A program made the position numbers and the translations under genes. DNA of 64,000 nucleotides from Amoebophrya sp. A120 (taxonomy: Eukaryota > Protista > Dinoflagellata). The notes under the pieces are model-generated. The model was not told where the DNA came from and ran no database searches. It was given only the letters and a program-made list of their open reading frames with translations. Location of the stretch: NCBI GenBank assembly GCA_905178155.1, contig CAJINV010000009.1, forward strand, positions 744,001-808,000, read 5' to 3'. This document shows, one piece after another, positions 57,000-64,000 of the stretch (its first letter is position 1; every line of letters starts with the position of its first letter).

Positions 57000-59900
57000 A
57001 TGTCCGGTCGTCCCCCGTTTTCATTGGCGGGAGACAACGGCTCGCCCAGTGAGCTTTACGGTGGCGGAAAGAAACACTGGCTCCGCCGCCTCCGACTGGA
57101 CTACCGGCCTTGTGCAGCCCCGTCTTTTGCTGCAGCCGTGGATGATCGATATCGAGATGACGAACAAAGCGACAGCCCACTCGGCCCGGAGTTCTGCCTG
57201 CGGGATCGGACCGCGCCCGGCTGCAAGCAGGAGGAGGGGCTCCGGTCCATTTGGGCCAGCGCGGATCGCAAGGCACGTGAGTGCTTGAATGCTTTGTATC
57301 TGGTGAACATGAAGACTACCAGTGGAGGCACTACTAAAATTGGAAGTAGTAGTAACAAGCATACCTTGGGCGCCGACCAACCGCCACCGTACCCGGCCCG
57401 GCTGGCGATACGAGTGTACCCCGAGTTCTTTTTCACCGTGAAAAGCTACCAAGCTGTGCTGACCGAACGCGAACGCCAGGAGAATGCGTTTGTGTTCGGC
57501 GATGGTGTGCACGGGCAGGGGTACTACCTGATCCGTGAACGAGAGGAAGAGGCAGCGAGTTCTGAATTTGGGATAAGTGGAAGTGCAATTACCGGCACCA
57601 CGGTTGCATCCTCAAGCTCGTCCCATCCTCATCCTTTTGCAAAAGTCTTGAAGTCGTCCGCCTCCGCGGGATCATCTTCATCTTCGAGGGGCGCCGCTGC
57701 AGCAAGACGCGCGTCCATGATTTTGCGTCCCGCGTTCCGCGGAGGCTTCATCGGTCCGCGCGAGGGGTTTTTCTTCGGTAGGACCACCCCAGAACAGGGA
57801 AGGATACTGGGGTACTACCCGCAGCGGCTGCCAGAGGAAGAGATCGACTTCGAGCTCGCCCCGAAGTTTACTGGTCCGCGACCCGGCTTTTTCTTCGGAA
57901 CGCGCCCGATCCGCGACGGCGGCCGAGAGCATGCAGCTACAGTGCTCTATTTGGGTTACCACCGGGACAAAGCGAAGGCCTTCGCGGCGTCCTCCAGTGA
58001 GGCTCTTCATCTTTCCGTTGCGCAGCAGCAGCTCGAGCAGCAGCAGCCATCGGCGGCCGCACTGTCGTCGAAAATATTGAGGACGCTCGCGGCCCAAAAC
58101 AAATCAAAGTCACTGCAAGCGAAGGAATTGTCGTCGAATGGTGCAACAGCGTCCCGAGCGCATGCTGCAGCTGGAACGCCGGGGGCAAATGCGAATACGG
58201 ATATTTTTGCCGATTCGACGAGGACCCCGAGAGACGACAGGGGCGACGCGAGTGCAAGTGCGCAATACAGTGGCGACCAAACCCAAGCTCCTTCCGGTCG
58301 GGTAGGGACGAATTTTTCAATCACTTTTTCGTCCACTTCCGCGGGGGCCGTGATGCGACCCTTTGACCCTGGCGCGGTCACCGGGGCCCGAATTTTGGAC
58401 ATCGTGCTGGAACTTGCAAAGTATGACGCATCTGCCCGTGAATTCCTCAAATTGCTCCTGCACCGTCCTTCCACAATCGATGCCTGGAAGTCATGCACGG
58501 GTCTGTCCTACAGCGTTCCGAGTCTTACTGATTGTTCAAAAGACGACGCCGGAAAGCAAAAATTGATGCTGAACAAGGAGCACGGCGCCAGCAGCGGCTC
58601 CAGCACCGGTGCCGCGGCCGCAAGCAAAGACAAAGAGCCACTCGTGGGCCGAGCGTTGAGCTCGGTGCTGAAACGTCCCCGGTTTGATGCTGCGTGGTTG
58701 CAGGGTGGGCACAAGAGTTATTCGTTGCGTCAATTTGTGTTTGACCGTGCCCTACTGGCCTTCATGTACCAAATATCCAGCATGGCGTGGCGACCGTTCT
58801 TCAACGAGCATCGTGTGCTTGCCGCGATGCCGAATGCGCGGCTGTTGAACAACGCTTTCCGGTTGAAAGGAGAGGGGAAGACCATCGAGAAGCAGATTCA
58901 GGTTCTGCAGTCCGTCTCCAAACCAGCCTGGGCGCAGCGCCGTGTCGGGTCGCCGCCTGGGCGCGCCTCGTCAGCCTGGATGGGCGGCCACGCAGCTTAC
59001 CAAGCGGAAGGCGATGTGTATCACTGGGCGCGCACTAGCAACAACTTCATGCAGAAGAGCCTGCTTTACAAGGTAGTCCTTCGGAAAGATACACACTACA
59101 CCTGTTGCAGTTTCATAATTCTAGCACGCTGGATTTGATTGACATGGCTCTTGTTCAGTTGTATGTGACATCAACAAACATGGAAACAATTGCAAACACG
59201 AAGACAAAACGCTGAGTGTTTTAGTTTTCCAGTTCGGTGGTCGGGTTCCAATGACTAAGAATAAAAAGCAGGAAGGTGCAGTTGTGGTTGATCAGCTTTT
59301 CTTCTCATTGAAAAACGTACTAACACAGGCGACCAACAAATCCCTGGCAGATGACGACCTCGGCATCAACAGCCACTCTGTGTTGGCCTTCGGGAGCGTA
59401 CAACCGAACGTGAACCAGTATGAAGGTGGGCGCTACAACAATGCCCACACAACGACGTATGGTCCAAACGCAAACGCCAGCGGTGCACCACTGTCCGCAC
59501 GCTGGGGCACGCACAGTGGCATGTTTACGCCCAGGGAAGCATCTTTGCAGATGACCCCGCGATCTGCGCGCTTGCAATTCGATGGTGGTAGCAGTGGGAC
59601 GCCTTTTTGCGTTGAAAACGATGCCCTCGGTGGCAATGACACCATCCTCACCGCTCCTGGAGCTTCTGCTGACACGTGTTCGCTGGAATTGGATCTTTCC
59701 TCTTGCTTTCGCGCGATGCATGATCGCCTGATGTGGCAACCTGTAGCGGTGAGCTCCCAGTATCGGTTTGTGCCGCAGAACCGGAAATCCATCCTGAAAC
59801 ACGAACAACAAATGAACGCGGACACGGTGCTGGCGTCGTGGGTGAACAGAGGAAACAATCCGCGGGACAAAGGCAAACTTTGGGCCGCGAGAGAGTTTGA

Positions 59901-62900
59901 TCCGAGCTATTCAAGTCGTACCGCCGGCGGGGGCAAGACCAAGAGCGAGAACCACATTGTGGACATGAAGACAATGCCCGCCGACTGGAGCAAGAAGTTT
60001 CCCTTACGTCATGACCAGATGGCGGCCGTGACCTGGATGCGCGAGCGCGAGTTGCGAGCGAAGCCTTTCCGGGTTGAGTACGAGCGGATGCTGGAGGGCA
60101 ATTTCTTCCTGCAGGATTTGGCCAACTGGGATTTGGAGCTCCGAATGCAGGCGGACTACTCTGCCCGGGGCGGCGTTTTGGCAAACCCGGTGGGTGCCGG
60201 AAAGACCGCGACCGTGCTGGGTTTGATTGCGCTGGACAAAGAAGCTCCGTTACCGTGTGACGAGCCCGGGGCAATGCCGCAGAAGCCACCGACCCGATTC
60301 CCAAAAGGGTTCGAGCACGACCGCAAACCAAAGCAGCCGGTCGCAACGGCGGCGGACAGCGACGAAGAGGAAACCTCGTCTTCCCCCGCAGCAGCTGCGC
60401 CCCTTTTGGAAGCAGGCTCGTCTACTAAGAATAAGAAACTGAACAAACGAAGCCGCGGACGAGGAGCGAAATCAACGTCTGAAGACGCACATCAAACTCG
60501 AGCAGCGAAATTTTCTCGCCAGACACCTTCTCGCAAGACACCTTCACCTTCCAAAAAATTGCCGTCTGCCGTTGTCGCGAAGGCAAAAGCCTGCGGCAGC
60601 GTCAAGAAGAGTAACAGCAAAGTGAAACCAACGGCGAAGGGAAAAGCCACTGTCGCGAAGAGCAAGGCAGCTGGAAATAAGGCGAAAGCGTCGCCTCCGC
60701 CGTCAGGAGGTCGAGCAGCGCTTCAACATATTAACGACGTCGTGCCTCCTTCTACTCAAACCGCCGCGGCGAGCGCATCATCGTCTTCTGGTCCGCCCAA
60801 CGCGAGAGATGGAGGCAAAAGCAAGAAGAAAAAAGTCGGGTCCTCTTCGGACGCAACTTCGAAATCCGTTGCCGACCAGGTGCGAAAAGTCTTCAGCGAC
60901 CAGGAGGCACAGGTTTTGGACCACGACTGCTTTTTTCCGAGCAAGGCGACTCTTGTTTTTGTCCCCGGCCACCTGGTGGACCAGTGGGAGCGGGAAATTG
61001 CTAAGTTCATGCCCGATCACAAGCTCAATATCCTCGCGCTGCGCAACGTCAACCCCCTCAAGCTGCTCACCGTCGGCGACATCCAGCGGGCAGACATCGT
61101 GATTTGCAGCTACCGCATCCTCTTCTCAGAGAACTACCAGCGCCTGCGGTTGAAAGAGCTGCTGTTTGGCTTCGGTGCGCATTTTTTGAAAAAACCAGGC
61201 AACGCAGCTGCAACAACTTCTGCCACGACGAAAACAGAAAGTGAAAAAGAACCGAAGAAAGTTGGCAGTGAAGAGGACGAGGTGCTGGAGGCTGCGTCAC
61301 AACGGGAAGGTTTCCGTTCTCCAGCTGCAGCGATGACCTCGGCCGCAACGCTGCCGACCGAAGCGAACAAGGAAACAAATATTGACGGGGGTGACACAAA
61401 CACCATGTTATCTGCGTCTGGGCCGACACAGACTCAGACGCTGAATCTGAACTATAGACCGACGAGCAGAAGTGGTGCACGACCTCAGGCGATAACGATT
61501 CTGAAGACAGAAAACCAGCAGCAGCAGGGAGGCAAGAGCAGTAGTTCCTCGGCAGCAGGAGGAGAAAATCAACAACCCAGCTCGTTCGCAATGGCGCACA
61601 GGCCTGATCTTTCCCTCTGGATTCAGGATCGCAAGTACGGGATTCGCACCAAGAAACGCAAGGTTGACTCTATCCTCTCCGTAATGGACCACGGAGCGCG
61701 TGCGGTAGTGGATGCCACGGGCGTGGTTCCGAATGAGAAGAACAAGTACAACAAGAAAAGATTTGTCGAGGAGGAGCAAAATAAACCGCTGTCCACCGTG
61801 TTGCAGGGACCCGCAAAGGAGCGCTTCAAATCCTGGCACTTCTCAGACCGCGAGCGAACGATGCTCCATTCGCTGCTGAAGGAGCAGGTGCGAGAGTTTC
61901 GCAAGAACCCGACGCATTTCCAGCACTGGCACGACAGTCAACGCGATGGTGTCAAGTACTTTCGATCGATCCACCGGCAAGCCTTGCTTGTCGCCGCGGC
62001 GGTTGAGACGGCGTCCCGCGCAAACAAAAGTTTAAGCGAGAGGGCCGAGCAGCGGCGCGCCGCATTGTTGGAGAAGCTAGCGCAAGAATTGTCGGACGAT
62101 GGCGACGAAAGACCACCGCAAGCAGAGAGCGACGGCAGCGAGCCAGATTCACCTCTTGCACAAGAGATACAAAACGCGCAAGGAAAAGCGAAAAAGAAAA
62201 AGCCGCGGCCACGAGGGCGACCGCGGCTGAAGCCGAAGCCCATCGAGGCTGCTCCGAAAGCGAAAGTACTAGCTCAGAAACCCAAAGTTCTCGTTGCCTC
62301 AGTCCTACTGAAGAAGCCGAAGCGGAAAGAAACCCGGCTTGTTCCGCCTGGCGGTGGCAAAAACAAAAAGCTGCTGACCAAAAAGAAGGAGAACAAAGCA
62401 AGTCCGGGTAAAAGCAAACAAAAACGCCACACACCGGGTAGGAAGAGGCCTGGGAAAGAGATGTCAGAGCTGCTCGCGAGTCCTGACAAGGTCGCCGAGC
62501 CGCGCGAAGACTCGCTCCAAGACACGGAGTACTTCACGAATTGCGTGCGCGAGTTTCGGAGAGCCCGGCTGCTTGGCACGGAAGAGGAGTGCGCCACCGC
62601 GCTCGAGATCCACGAAGCCCAGGACCTTCGCTTCCCGCTACTGGAGATGTTTCTCTGGCGTCGTGTGGTGTTTGACGAGATGCACGAGCTGGAATCGTTC
62701 AATCCGAAAGAAGTGGACATTCTGCTGCGGTTCCGCGCCCTGTTCAAGTGGGGACTGACCGGCTCCCCCGCGGCCTTCTCGGTTCGATCCGTCAACGCCA
62801 TGGCCTCGCTCTTGTCCATCGATCTGCTCGGCGTGTCAAAGGAGGAATCCGGTCTGTTGGACCAGGTCCACCAGTACGCCGAGGCGTGCGCTGTGACGCA

Positions 62901-64000
62901 GGGCGGGGACCGGGGCGGGGCCTTGAGCGAGCACCTAGCCACCTATCTCGCTCAGGACGAATACAACTTCGACGCGGTGACGCAGCGGCTCAAAGCCTGC
63001 GTGGACTGGTTCTGTAATTGCTGCGGTGCAAAGCTGCTTGTGTCCCACAAGATGCCGCAGGTCTTTCGCGGTACAGTCCGCTGTGGCGAGTGCGGCGCCG
63101 CGAACCACGCAGAGGTCCAGTTCCGCCGGCGCACGAGGCTCGACGAGGACGCAGACTCGCCCTCCAACATCAATAGCTCCCCGCAGCCACTGCCCGAGGT
63201 TGGCAGTCGGGTCTACGACCCCTCGCTACGCTGGTCGGCGTCTAACTTGATGACCACGAATTTGGTGGAGGCCGCCAGCAGCCGCAATTCGCGCACGCGC
63301 ATGTACGTGGAGGATCGGCCGCTGAGCAGCGACTTGGCCTACGTGGTCCAAAACGACGACGTGGACAGAAGGCGTCTCCACGCCTTGCAGTATCGAAACG
63401 TGAATTGCGGGGTGCGGTGGACGGTCCCTTTGGACGTTGCTGATGCTGGAGGGAAAGGCGATCGACTGAGCCGTAGCAATCCAAATCCTAGGCAGGATAT
63501 CTTTCAGCTGAAGAACAAGACACAGCATCACGACGTTCTTGACGAGGATGTTGAGGCTCGCCGGCTGCACGACCATGATGTAGCTCCTGAGAACGCGCTT
63601 GTTCCCGTGACAAGATCGGCCGATCATAACGCAAACGCAATAGCCGAGAGCAGACAGAAGATCGTGACGAGGAGCGCCAGTGCTATCGCTGTCAAATCGT
63701 CTATTGCGATCCCTTCCTTTTCGCTGAGACGGGAAGACATGCTCTACTCAGATTTTCAACGGCAACTGGTGAAGCTCGAGGGCCGGCTGGACAATGCGGA
63801 CTATCCAAAGAAAAAAACCCATCCACATCCAATTTGTCATGCAAAACACGTATAAAATCATGTGTTTGTCATGCAAAAAATGGATGTCGATGAGTTTTTT
63901 TCTGTGGAAACGGACGGTCGCGACAGTAGTAGCAGCTCGTCGTCGGCGGACGAAGGTGCTGGGCAGGAGTACGACGACGTTAATGCTTTGCGAGAAGCGG
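57000..64000 (+). CDS. SNF2-family ATPase (Rad5/Rad16/SHPRH-like grouping, DNMT5-type resemblance), 3'-truncated by the window
   Basis: PLRHDQ..AVTWM, RGGVLANPVGAGKT, ATLVFVPGHLVDQW, ADIVICSY, WRRVVFDEMH, WGLTGSP. GT-AG intron 59073-59328 with TACTAAC at 59318; introner at 63802. Confidence 0.85.
63802..63910. mobile_element. Introner element, family F4 (109-bp form)
   Basis: Direct repeat CGGAC; right end GGAAA (variant of GGATA). Confidence 0.9.

Overview
Eukaryotic, gene-dense genomic DNA with every credible gene on the + strand. The architecture suggests the parasitic dinoflagellate Amoebophrya (Syndiniales), an inference from the intron type. Genes: METTL3/MT-A70 m6A methyltransferase; a multi-exon gene fusing a Cbl-N/MLKL-like helical region to an AIFM2/FSP1-like NADH oxidoreductase; four intronless orphan ORFs, probably secreted; an ASCC3/Slh1 Ski2-like helicase; two unknown genes; an MFS-like transporter; and a Rad5/16- or DNMT5-type SNF2 ATPase running off the right end. 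I mapped 25 introner elements by eye (109-355 bp). They are TAT...ATA-bounded inverted-repeat inserts, flanked by 5-bp direct repeats in all but one case, and removing each one plus one repeat copy restores the reading frame. They fall into several TIR families, occur in both orientations, mostly lack GT-AG, and share the internal motif GCAT(G/T/C)ACAA. The window also holds four C/D-box snoRNAs (two U15/snR75-like, two targeting the LSU ~1120-1150 region), probably in a METTL3 intron. A ~1-kb TIR element carries a 39-bp palindromic tandem array. Gene models come from DNA only, with no transcript or database evidence.
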